33,851 nt of DNA, taken from the NCBI GenBank assembly GCA_027039625.1, contig JALWDQ010000633.1:1-33851 (forward strand), written 5' to 3'. This document shows, in pieces, positions 19,964 to 28,613 of the stretch. The DNA is from Calditrichia bacterium (GTDB taxonomy: Bacteria > Calditrichota > Calditrichia > RBG-13-44-9). Position 1 is the first letter of the stretch, and each line of letters starts with the position of its first letter. Below the pieces are notes generated by a model, which was given only the letters and a program-made list of their open reading frames with translations, was not told where the DNA came from and made no database searches. The position numbers were made by a program, and so were the translations under genes.

Positions 19964-20334
19964 GATTTCAATGGGAAACATTCATTAATCTTGCTGAAAG
20001 GCTACATCAGGAAAGTGAATCCTTTGTGGAAACAGAAGCCTATCAGCGCTCGGCAATTAGCAGAGCCTATTACGGTGCATTTGGATTGGCACGCGAAATT
20101 GCAGTACGTGAAGGTCTTTCTTTAACTTTTACGGGGGAAGACCATAAAAATGTGGAACAGCATTTCCGGGGAAATTCACAAAAATTTCGTAAACAGATAG
20201 GAATAGAGCTGAATCGTTTAAGACGACTTCGGAATAAAGCAGATTCTGCGGAATCAATCTCGGGTTTGCCGAAGGAAACGCGAAAGGCTTTGGTGCAAGC
20301 ACGAAATATTGAATCTAATTTAAAAAAGTTGTAA
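19960..20334 (+). CDS. HEPN-like four-helix protein
   Basis: ATGA overlap with the upstream stop codon. RSAISRAYYGAFGLAREIA resembles classical HEPN helix 1. LRRLRNKADS resembles the HEPN R-x(4-6)-H region, but the His is missing. Confidence 0.5.
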   Translation: MRFQWETFINLAERLHQESESFVETEAYQRSAISRAYYGAFGLAREIAVREGLSLTFTGEDHKNVEQHFRGNSQKFRKQIGIELNRLRRLRNKADSAESISGLPKETRKALVQARNIESNLKKL

Positions 20335-20415
20335 ACAAAATTATTAGGAATGAATATATTTAGCACTGTGAGGTATTAAAATTTTAATTTTTTTAGAAAA
20401 TAGACAGGTAACGTA

Positions 20416-21543
20416 ATGCCAGAATATTTTATGTTAGAGCGGATTTTACTGCAAGGGTATAAATCAATTCATGAAGCAGATATTGAGCTTCGCCCTATTA
20501 ATGTGCTGATTGGAGCAAATGGTTCTGGCAAATCCAATTTTATTAGTTTATTTAAGTTTATGAACCGTTTAGTCAATCAGGATTTGCAGAAATATGTATT
20601 ACAATCGGGTGGAGCTGACCAGTTCCTTCACTATGGACGAAAGAAAACTGAGCGACTTCATATTGAACTCTGGTTTAGTAAAAATAATAAATTGGCAAAT
20701 GGTTATGAATGTTCATTAATACCTACGTCAAAAGATTTATTAGCATTCGAAAAGGAAGTAATTTATATTCACAACCGTGAAAAATATAAAAAACCTTACA
20801 TTATTGAAAAAACATTTCGTGTTCATGAAGAAACAATTATACCTAAATGGAAACAAAAACGTGTCCGTGTGTCGAAATATATCATGAAGGCTCTTCAATC
20901 GTGTAAATTGTATCATTTCCACGATACCAGTGATTCAGCCAGAGTTAAACAAACAGGCGATATTCACGACAATCTTTTCCTAAGACCAGATGCCTCGAAT
21001 CTTGCCGCATATTTATTTCTGCTTAAAAAAACGAAACCAGACTATTATCACAATATTGTAGAAACCATTCGTCTGGCTGCACCTTTCTTTGGGGATTTTA
21101 TTCTTCGTCCCTCACCTTTTAATCCTGATAAAATACGTCTGGAATGGAAAGAGAAAGGTTCAGATGTTCTTTTTGGCCCCAATTCACTTTCGGATGGAAC
21201 GCTTCGTTTTATCTGCCTCACCACTCTTTTTATGCAACCACCCGAAAAGTTGCCATCAACTATTGTACTGGATGAGCCTGAACTTGGGTTACATCCCTAT
21301 GCCATAGCTCTTCTGGCAGATATGGTTCGGAGTGTTGCCAAACATACGCAGGTTATCCTGGCAACCCAGTCGGTAACTCTTGTAAATCAATTCCTCCCGG
21401 AAGACATTCTGGTTGTTGACCGAATTGAGGGGAAAACCATCTTCCGACGTTTAACAGAAAAAGAGATGGCTTCCTGGCTTGAAGACTATGGTCTGGGAGA
21501 TTTATGGGAGAAAAATTTGCTGGGGGGACGTCCTGCGTTATGA
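20416..21543 (+). CDS. ABC/SMC-type ATPase (AAA_21/AAA_15-like, OLD/AbiL/PARIS-type ATPase)
   Basis: Walker A GANGSGKSN, ABC signature LSDGTLRF, Walker B IVLDEPELGLHP, switch region ILATQS. An alternative ATG lies at 20431. Confidence 0.85.
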   Translation: MPEYFMLERILLQGYKSIHEADIELRPINVLIGANGSGKSNFISLFKFMNRLVNQDLQKYVLQSGGADQFLHYGRKKTERLHIELWFSKNNKLANGYECSLIPTSKDLLAFEKEVIYIHNREKYKKPYIIEKTFRVHEETIIPKWKQKRVRVSKYIMKALQSCKLYHFHDTSDSARVKQTGDIHDNLFLRPDASNLAAYLFLLKKTKPDYYHNIVETIRLAAPFFGDFILRPSPFNPDKIRLEWKEKGSDVLFGPNSLSDGTLRFICLTTLFMQPPEKLPSTIVLDEPELGLHPYAIALLADMVRSVAKHTQVILATQSVTLVNQFLPEDILVVDRIEGKTIFRRLTEKEMASWLEDYGLGDLWEKNLLGGRPAL

Positions 21544-22208
21544 CAAAAGTGCTTATTTATGTAGAGGGACAAACGGAAGAAACTTTTGTTCGTGATTTAT
21601 TAGCGCCGTATTTCAAACAAAAATGCAGTATTTATTTAATCCCTTCGTTAGCAAGAACAAAACGAACCAGAGCCGGACGAGCGTTTAAAGGTGGGATTGT
21701 TTCATACGGTAAAGTTAAAAAAGATATTTTGAAGTTATTGGGTGACAGGAGTGCTGCATTAGTTACCACTATGTTAGATTTTTATGGTCTCCCCAATGAT
21801 TTCCCTGGAAAGAAATCCCTCTCCTCAGGTTCCCCAACTGATCGTGTTCAACATTTAGAAAAGGCATTTGGGGAGGACATAGCCAGTACTCGTTTTCTCC
21901 CTTTCCTTGTTTTGCATGAATTTGAAACATTTATCTTTGTGCAGCCTGAAAAACTCGCCGAAGCATTGCCCGGATATCTGACGGAAGTTCAAAATTTAAT
22001 TAAAAATGTTGGTCACTTAACTCCTGAAGAAATCAATGAAGGCAGGGACACCCATCCATCAGCACGAATTCTGAAACTATTTCCTACTTATCAAAAAAGA
22101 TTGCACGGACCGCTTATTATCAAAAAAATTGGTCTGAATTTGGTCAGGAGCAAATGCCCTCATTTTAATAACTGGTTCTCTAATTTAGAAAAATTATGCC
22201 CTGGTTAA
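21541..22208 (+). CDS. DUF4276 family protein (TOPRIM-like)
   Basis: The ATG at 21541 overlaps the ATPase stop codon (ATGA). N-terminal IYVEGQTEETF, central LHEFETFIF and C-terminal HPSARIL...CPHFNNW match my recollection of DUF4276. Confidence 0.65.
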
Positions 22209-22221
22209 TACGGAATGATTT

Positions 22222-22251
22222 CTTGAACCGTTCTTTCTTCAAGTGTTTTTT
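22222..22251 (+). terminator. weak terminator-like hairpin after the DUF4276 gene
   Basis: cttgaa (22222-22227) pairs with ttcaag (22238-22243), followed by tgtttttta. Confidence 0.3.
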
Positions 22252-22328
22252 ATTCAAAATAATTTTTGCGAGGCTTGTATGCTGTTTTTTCGCACATTAC
22301 CTTCCGGAAGGGAATAATGTTCCACCCA

Positions 22329-23084
22329 TCACCCCCCAAACTGTTCCAGAGCAATCTCCCGTTTTTTAATGCGAGAATTTACCTGATGGTACAGATCGCC
22401 GGTACCCAGATCGACCCATTCTCCTCGGTGGACATACACACTCAAAGGTTGTTCCTCGGCCAGTGCGGGTAAATAGAAGTCAGTGATAATGGAAGAGAAC
22501 TCCGGTCGCAGATATTTTCGAGCTTGGGGAGTAAGAATCTGATAGCCCATAAAAATCCCTGTCTGCATTTTTTCGCCAGGAGGATTTCCCTTTCCCAGAA
22601 AACCCCGATGGTGGAATGCTTTATCAAAAATCACCAGGTTGTAATCCTGGTAGTTACGGGAAGGGAACACTGCCATGGTTGCTAAAGCAGGATGCTGGCG
22701 GTAATGGTGAATGAATTGAGGAAGAGAAATATCCGAAAGGATATCGGAATTCACGGTGAGAATCGTTTCTCCTGCGAAAAAATGTTCGGCGAAAGCAATA
22801 CCTCCACCGGTACCCAGGATTTCAGGTTCCATGCTGTAAAGAATTTCCAGCTCCCCCTGGTAATGGGTGTTTAAATGCTGGATAATTTTCTCTCCCTGGT
22901 GGTGCAGGTTAATCACGACCCGCTGGAAACCGGCTTTTTCTATTTTCTGAAGAATTAAATCCAATAATGTGGAGTGCCCCACGGGGAGCAAGCACTTGGG
23001 CAGCTCGCGCGAAAGTTCCCCCATCCGTGTGCCGAATCCCGCAGCTAAAACCATTGCGGTACGTATTTCAGTGCTTTCCTTCAT
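22329..23084 (-). CDS. sugar-1-phosphate nucleotidyltransferase (NTP_transferase family)
   Basis: MVLAAGFGTRMGELSRELPKCLLPV N-terminal motif. 251 aa. Substrate is not assignable. Confidence 0.8.
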   Translation of the reverse strand: MKESTEIRTAMVLAAGFGTRMGELSRELPKCLLPVGHSTLLDLILQKIEKAGFQRVVINLHHQGEKIIQHLNTHYQGELEILYSMEPEILGTGGGIAFAEHFFAGETILTVNSDILSDISLPQFIHHYRQHPALATMAVFPSRNYQDYNLVIFDKAFHHRGFLGKGNPPGEKMQTGIFMGYQILTPQARKYLRPEFSSIITDFYLPALAEEQPLSVYVHRGEWVDLGTGDLYHQVNSRIKKREIALEQFGG

Positions 23085-23190
23085 CGTGTTGTCTTAGATC
23101 CTTCTGCTAAACAAATTACAATCCATTTGATTTAAATTTAACCCAAATATATATTCAATCAAAATGTGAAAGCAAAAAAGGACTCTACGC

Positions 23191-24147
23191 ATGAAACGAA
23201 TTCTGGTAACGGGCGGCGCCGGTTTTCTGGGCTCTCATCTGGTGGAACGCCTTTTGAACGAAGGAAATGACGTTCTGTGTCTGGATAATTTTTTCACCGG
23301 TTCCAAACGCAATATTCTGCATTTAATGGACAATCACCGTTTTGAGCTTATTCGCCACGATATTACCCAGCCCATTTTGCTGGAAGTGGACGAAATTTAT
23401 CATTTTGCCTGTCCCGCTTCACCTGTCCATTATCAGTACAATCCCGTAAAAACAATTAAAACCAATGTGATGGGTACCATACATATGCTGGGACTGGCCA
23501 AGCGGGTGAAAGCACGGATTTTACTGGCATCTACTTCCGAGGTGTACGGTGATCCCCAGGTCCATCCCCAACGGGAGGATTACTGGGGACATGTGAATCC
23601 CATTGGTATTCGCAGTTGTTATGATGAAGGCAAACGGGTGGCCGAAACGTTAATGATGGATTACCATCGGCAGAACAATGTGGATATTCGCATCATCCGG
23701 ATTTTCAATACCTATGGTCCTCGCATGGCTGCCAACGATGGGCGGGTGGTAAGCAATTTTATTATTCAGGCGTTAAGAGGAGAGGATATCACAGTTTACG
23801 GCGATGGAAGCCAGACTCGCTCTTTTTGCTATGTGGATGATTTGATTGAAGGTGCTGTGAGGATGATGAATCAGGATGGTTTTATCGGACCCGTCAATCT
23901 GGGAAATCCCAATGAATTCACCATTCTGGAACTGGCTGAGAAAGTGATTCAGTTAACCGGTTCCCGGTCGAAGATTGTATTTAAACCGTTGCCCCAGGAT
24001 GATCCCACCCAGAGGCGACCGGATATCTCTCTGGCTCGCCAGAAATTAAACTGGGAACCCACGGTGCAACTGGAAGAAGGGTTGAAGCGTACTATCCATT
24101 ACTTCGATCGGTTGCTACGGGGTGAACCATTAATGCCCGGGCAGTGA
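23191..24147 (+). CDS. UDP-glucuronate decarboxylase (UDP-xylose synthase), SDR family
   Basis: [40 protein letters not shown] and [10 protein letters not shown] are characteristic of the UXS/ArnA-decarboxylase clade. Confidence 0.88.
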   Translation: MKRILVTGGAGFLGSHLVERLLNEGNDVLCLDNFFTGSKRNILHLMDNHRFELIRHDITQPILLEVDEIYHFACPASPVHYQYNPVKTIKTNVMGTIHMLGLAKRVKARILLASTSEVYGDPQVHPQREDYWGHVNPIGIRSCYDEGKRVAETLMMDYHRQNNVDIRIIRIFNTYGPRMAANDGRVVSNFIIQALRGEDITVYGDGSQTRSFCYVDDLIEGAVRMMNQDGFIGPVNLGNPNEFTILELAEKVIQLTGSRSKIVFKPLPQDDPTQRRPDISLARQKLNWEPTVQLEEGLKRTIHYFDRLLRGEPLMPGQ

Positions 24148-24177
24148 GAAAGAAGTCAAATAAAATTAAAGGCTTTT

Positions 24178-25857
24178 ATGAAAAAACGTGTGTTAATTAT
24201 TCTGTTAATGGTTGCTCTGTCCTTCCCCCTCCTGGCGGGAGAAAGTATCCCTCCTTACCACTGGGTGTGGAATTATTTGAACTATTTGAAGGTAGCCGGG
24301 TATCTTCCGGAACTGGATATGACCAATGGACCGACGGACCGGGAAGTAATAGCTGGCTATTTGTTACATATTGACCCAGAAAAAATTCCAGAAGGTTCCC
24401 GGGAGTGGAAGATGGTGCGCATATTGTTTCGTGAATTTGCCGAAGAGATAAAAGAAATTGGGAATTCGGGGGGCGATCGCTCCCGGGAATGGTTACAGAA
24501 AATCCTGGAGCGTTTGCAAATGGCTGTGCTTCCGGAAACGGTGCGTTCACGGGTACGCTTCGGAGCGTTTGGAATGGTAACCCCTCGTTACAAAAACGAG
24601 GATGTGACCACGGATTTTCAGTTTCACACCCGATTGGGATTGCAATTTGGAAAACGGTTTACCCTGTATAATAATATGAAAGTGTTTAATCATCTACCAA
24701 AGGGCTATATTGGTAAAACTACTCGTAAGCTGTATGCCTACACCGAACAAGCGTATTTGCAAATAAACGGGGGAATTTTTCGTTTCAAAATCGGTCGGGA
24801 TTACCTGGAGGTAGGACCCGGGCGTACCGGGAAGCTTTTGATGAGTGCGAACAGCCGTCCCTTCGATATGTATCACGCTCAGTTTGGTAAACGCTATTTT
24901 CATTTTTCGTTCTGGGGAATTATGCTGGATCCCCGTCCCATTGTGCAGGAGGAATTGAAACAGTACGCTCCGATTGCCCGACGTTACCTGAATGGCCATC
25001 GCCTTTCGGTGAATATTAAAAACCGTTATTTTGTAGGGGCTTCGGAAGTGATGGTATATGGCGGGCCCAATGCGAACTGGGATCTGGCATTTATGAATCC
25101 GTTTACTATTTATTACGGGCACCAGGCGAATGGACCGTATGCGCCTGGAAACGTGCTTTATTCTCTGGACTGGGATTTGTATTTACCGCACCAGGTAGAA
25201 CTTTATGGAGAGTTTTTGGTAGATGATTTTCAGGTGGATAAAAAGGTTCCGGGTGATCTGGAACCCAATGAACTGGGACTGCTGGTTGGGGTTAATTGGG
25301 CGAATCCTCTCCGGTGGGCCACTTCCATGCTGGGAACAGAATATGTTCAAATTCGCAATCGCACCTACAATGCCCCGGTGAATGATTGGGAAAAGTATCT
25401 TCACCGCAATCAGGTAATTGGATACTACCTGGGAAATGATTTTAAACGCTGGAGTATTCAACTGGAGAAGTGGGTGCACCCCGATCTCTCGGTTAAAGGA
25501 TTTGCTCATCTCATTCGCAAAGGGGAAGGAACGGTGGAAGGGGAGTTTAATACGGATTACATGAATTACACTGTAGAAGAAGGATATCACGAACCCTTCC
25601 CCTGGGGAATTGTGGAACGCCACTGGCAGTGGGGTGTGGCGCTATTTTATCGTCCCCATCCTCTGGCAAATATTACCTTGAATATTGCTTACAACGATTT
25701 CCATAATTACCAGCACGTAACCGGTGCTACGCATTCGGAAATAAGCGCTTCGGTAAACCTGTGGTTACAATGGGATACAGTATTCCGTACTTCCCGGCTG
25801 GAAATCGATCGCTGGCAACTGGAGTTCGATAATCCGGATTCGGAGGAGGAAAAGTGA
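24178..25857 (+). CDS. secreted/outer-membrane protein, possibly Wzi-like capsule assembly beta-barrel
   Basis: Signal peptide and a beta-rich, aromatic-rich 559-aa ORF. The N-terminal ...YLNYLKVAGYLPEL... resembles Wzi-family N-terminal regions. The family call is weak. Confidence 0.45.
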   Translation: MKKRVLIILLMVALSFPLLAGESIPPYHWVWNYLNYLKVAGYLPELDMTNGPTDREVIAGYLLHIDPEKIPEGSREWKMVRILFREFAEEIKEIGNSGGDRSREWLQKILERLQMAVLPETVRSRVRFGAFGMVTPRYKNEDVTTDFQFHTRLGLQFGKRFTLYNNMKVFNHLPKGYIGKTTRKLYAYTEQAYLQINGGIFRFKIGRDYLEVGPGRTGKLLMSANSRPFDMYHAQFGKRYFHFSFWGIMLDPRPIVQEELKQYAPIARRYLNGHRLSVNIKNRYFVGASEVMVYGGPNANWDLAFMNPFTIYYGHQANGPYAPGNVLYSLDWDLYLPHQVELYGEFLVDDFQVDKKVPGDLEPNELGLLVGVNWANPLRWATSMLGTEYVQIRNRTYNAPVNDWEKYLHRNQVIGYYLGNDFKRWSIQLEKWVHPDLSVKGFAHLIRKGEGTVEGEFNTDYMNYTVEEGYHEPFPWGIVERHWQWGVALFYRPHPLANITLNIAYNDFHNYQHVTGATHSEISASVNLWLQWDTVFRTSRLEIDRWQLEFDNPDSEEEK

Positions 25858-26738
25858 AGGGATTCCTCATCGGTCATTATACGGATGCTGCGGGAGGAAC
25901 CGGGTGCACGGTGGTATTGTGCCCCGAAGGAACCATTGGCTCCGGAATGGTCCGGGGTGCGGCTCCCGGTACCCGCGAGTACGCCCTGCTGGATCCCCAT
26001 CGTAAAGTGGAGGAAATCCATGCTGTATTTCTTACCGGCGGAAGCGCTTTTGGGCTGGATGCTGCCGCGGGTGTGATGCGCTTTCTGAAAGAACGGGATG
26101 TGGGATTTCCCACTATTTTCGGAAAAGTTCCCATTGTGCCTGCTGCGGTGGTGTACGATTTGTATTCGGGACAATCTGAATCTTTTCCCACCGCCGAAAA
26201 TGCCTATGAAGCTTGCCAGAGGGCAGAAGAAGGAGAACCCCCTCAAGGGCGGGTAGGAGCTGGAACCGGTGTGACTGTGGGGAAATGGGCCGGATTGGAA
26301 TATATGATGCCCGCCGGAATTGGCTGGGCGCAGGTCGTCTGGAAGAATGTTCAGGTGGAAGCATTGTCGGTAGTGAATCCCGTGGGAGATGTGGTGGACG
26401 GACAGGGAAACATTATTGCCGGTGCACAAAAAGACGGGCGTTTTCTGGCTCAGGGGAATCCCACCCTGCGCTGGGAACCACCGGATGTGGGATTGGGGCA
26501 GAACACCATCCTTACCGTGCTGATGACCAATGCCCGATTAACTAAATTGCAGCTTCATTTAATGGCAGATCGAGCGCATCTGGGAATTGCCCGGGCCGTG
26601 GTACCTTCGCACACTGCTTACGATGGGGATATCGTGTTTACCCTTTCCCGGGGTGAAGTACCGGTTAATTCCGAGACGGTTTTCGAAATGGGCATCGAAG
26701 CCGTGCGTCAATCGATTCTTAACGCTGTTTCCTACTAA
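25854..26738 (+). CDS. DmpA/S58 (P1) family aminopeptidase
   Basis: GFLIGHYTDAAGGTGCTVVL, RGAAPGTRE and FLTGGSAFGLDAA motifs. The GTG start overlaps the upstream stop codon (GTGA). Confidence 0.85.
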   Translation: MKGFLIGHYTDAAGGTGCTVVLCPEGTIGSGMVRGAAPGTREYALLDPHRKVEEIHAVFLTGGSAFGLDAAAGVMRFLKERDVGFPTIFGKVPIVPAAVVYDLYSGQSESFPTAENAYEACQRAEEGEPPQGRVGAGTGVTVGKWAGLEYMMPAGIGWAQVVWKNVQVEALSVVNPVGDVVDGQGNIIAGAQKDGRFLAQGNPTLRWEPPDVGLGQNTILTVLMTNARLTKLQLHLMADRAHLGIARAVVPSHTAYDGDIVFTLSRGEVPVNSETVFEMGIEAVRQSILNAVSY

Positions 26739-26755
26739 AGAAGACTTCTGTTTAA

Positions 26756-27739
26756 ATGCAAGTACATACCCAAAAATTTCGATTTGGATTGTTTTTAATC
26801 ATCTCTTCGCTTTCCCTGCTGGTGTTACTTGCTGTGGTTACCAGCCGCCATTTATTCAAGAAAACAGATAAATATTACATTGCTTACGAGAATGTGTCCG
26901 TGAGCGGCCTGGAAGTGGGGAGTCCGGTTAAATATCTGGGAATTACAGTGGGAAGCATTACGGATATTCGAATCGATCCCAAAAATGTGAATCGCATCAT
27001 TGTGGAAGTTTCGCTGGATAAAGGGACGCCCATAAAACAGGATGCGCGTGCGGATATTGCCAGCATTGGGATTACCGGCTTAAAAATGATTGAAATCCAT
27101 GGAGGCAGTAATCAGGCACCGCTCTTGAAGCCGGGGCAGTTCATCCGGGCAGGAACCTCTATGACCATGCAAATTACCGGCAAGGCAGAGGTTATTTCCG
27201 AAAAACTGGAACGATTGTTAAACAACCTGAATCAGGTAACTCAACCGGAAAAGATGGAAAAAATTTACCAGCTGGTGGAAAACGCCACCGCAACTTTTTC
27301 CCGGTTGAATCGCATCCTCTCCGAGAACAGCCAGTACCTGGCGGTAACTTTGAGACGGAGTGCTCATATTACCGCCCAACTGGATAGTATGACCGCTGCG
27401 ATGAAACAATCCGCAGAAGAGATTAATCGCTTAATCGTAAGTGATACGTTAAAAGATATTATTGTGAATGCCCGGGCTATTTCTGAAGAAATTAAAAAGG
27501 CGCGATTGGTAGATCTGGTGAAGCAGCTGGCTCTGGTGGTAGAGCGCACCAACAATATTCTTATTCAGGTGGAACACGATCTGGGGCAGGGCAGCCAGAC
27601 CTTCAACGAAAGTATGAAGGAATTGCGCAGCAGCCTGGAATACCTGAACCAGGTGAGTCAAATGTTAAGTGAAGATCCGTCAATTTTAATTCGCGGAACC
27701 AAACCTGGAGATATCCCGGATAAGAAACTGGAGAAATAA
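26756..27739 (+). CDS. mlaD: MlaD/MCE-domain protein with long helical C-terminal extension
   Basis: N-terminal transmembrane helix, MCE core (VSGLEVGSPVKYLGITVGSITDI), then about 200 aa of helical sequence. Confidence 0.8.
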   Translation: MQVHTQKFRFGLFLIISSLSLLVLLAVVTSRHLFKKTDKYYIAYENVSVSGLEVGSPVKYLGITVGSITDIRIDPKNVNRIIVEVSLDKGTPIKQDARADIASIGITGLKMIEIHGGSNQAPLLKPGQFIRAGTSMTMQITGKAEVISEKLERLLNNLNQVTQPEKMEKIYQLVENATATFSRLNRILSENSQYLAVTLRRSAHITAQLDSMTAAMKQSAEEINRLIVSDTLKDIIVNARAISEEIKKARLVDLVKQLALVVERTNNILIQVEHDLGQGSQTFNESMKELRSSLEYLNQVSQMLSEDPSILIRGTKPGDIPDKKLEK

Positions 27740-28360
27740 ATGCGCTGGCGAACCATTTTTGCAGGAATAAGTGTTGTTCTTTTGTTGCTGGGATGCAGCC
27801 GGAAAACCATCGAACACAAATATTATCTTATTGAACCACCGGAGATTCTCCCAAAGAGTACAGAGCCCATTCCGGAGAGGTTCAGGGACAAATTTTGCGT
27901 GATTCTCCCGGCGCGGATTTCTCCGCAGTACAACAAGCACAAAATTGCCCTGCGAACGGGAGAGAAAGAACTCTCGTACTATGTCTATCACCAGTGGGCG
28001 GTGTCTCCCCGGGAAGCGTTTACCCGTTTTGTGGAAATGGAAATTCAGAACGCACATCTTTTCCGTCGGGCAGGTACCGAGGTCTGGAAATACAATCCCG
28101 AATACCAAATATCCACCGATGTTAGTTATCTGGAAGTGCAGTTGGATGGAGAAAAGGCCATCGCGCACCTGGCAGCCCGGCTGGATTTAATCCGTCAGTA
28201 CGATCAGAAGTCCGTGGTAACCCATCAATTCGACCGCTTTCAACCGCTGCCCCGAAGAAATTTAGATCTGTTTGCTGTAACCATTTCCCGGATATTTCAT
28301 GAAGAACTCAACCAGTTCATTACCCGAATTCGGAAATGGGCGGAGGAATCGGAAAAATAA
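27740..28360 (+). CDS. ABC-type transport auxiliary lipoprotein (DUF330/PqiC-like)
   Basis: Lipobox LLLLGCS and a YYLIEP motif. The ATG immediately follows the mlaD stop codon. Confidence 0.65.
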   Translation: MRWRTIFAGISVVLLLLGCSRKTIEHKYYLIEPPEILPKSTEPIPERFRDKFCVILPARISPQYNKHKIALRTGEKELSYYVYHQWAVSPREAFTRFVEMEIQNAHLFRRAGTEVWKYNPEYQISTDVSYLEVQLDGEKAIAHLAARLDLIRQYDQKSVVTHQFDRFQPLPRRNLDLFAVTISRIFHEELNQFITRIRKWAEESEK

Positions 28361-28613
28361 ACCCTGAAATTCTCCCTGGCAAACCGGAGTCTCCAGAAAC
28401 GTAAAAACGAGGCTTTTACCGCATTTCAGTTATTTAATCCGAATGATTGGGAATTAAAAAGGAATGTTCTGAATACCCGAAGCGCAAGTGCAAAAAGCAT
28501 CAGTTACCCGGTATTAGTTGAAAAATAGGCAATTGGGCTATGTTACAAATCGGTAATTTCGCGGTGGGGTTTCGGTTTTTTGAGTAAAATCTATTTTGGG
28601 GAATAGATTGAGG

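Noticed and set aside
21504-21540. ORF-track start at 21504 for the DUF4276 gene
   Set aside because: It would overlap the ATPase gene by 40 nt. The ATG at 21541 gives the family-typical N-terminus (MTKVLIYVEGQTEE) and an ATGA stop/start coupling.
18270-22330. Defined mobile element (integrative island, transposon or prophage remnant)
   Set aside because: I could see no integrase, transposase or tRNA gene and no flanking direct or inverted repeats by eye. Only the compositional shift supports foreign origin, so it is reported as an islet and not as a mobile element.
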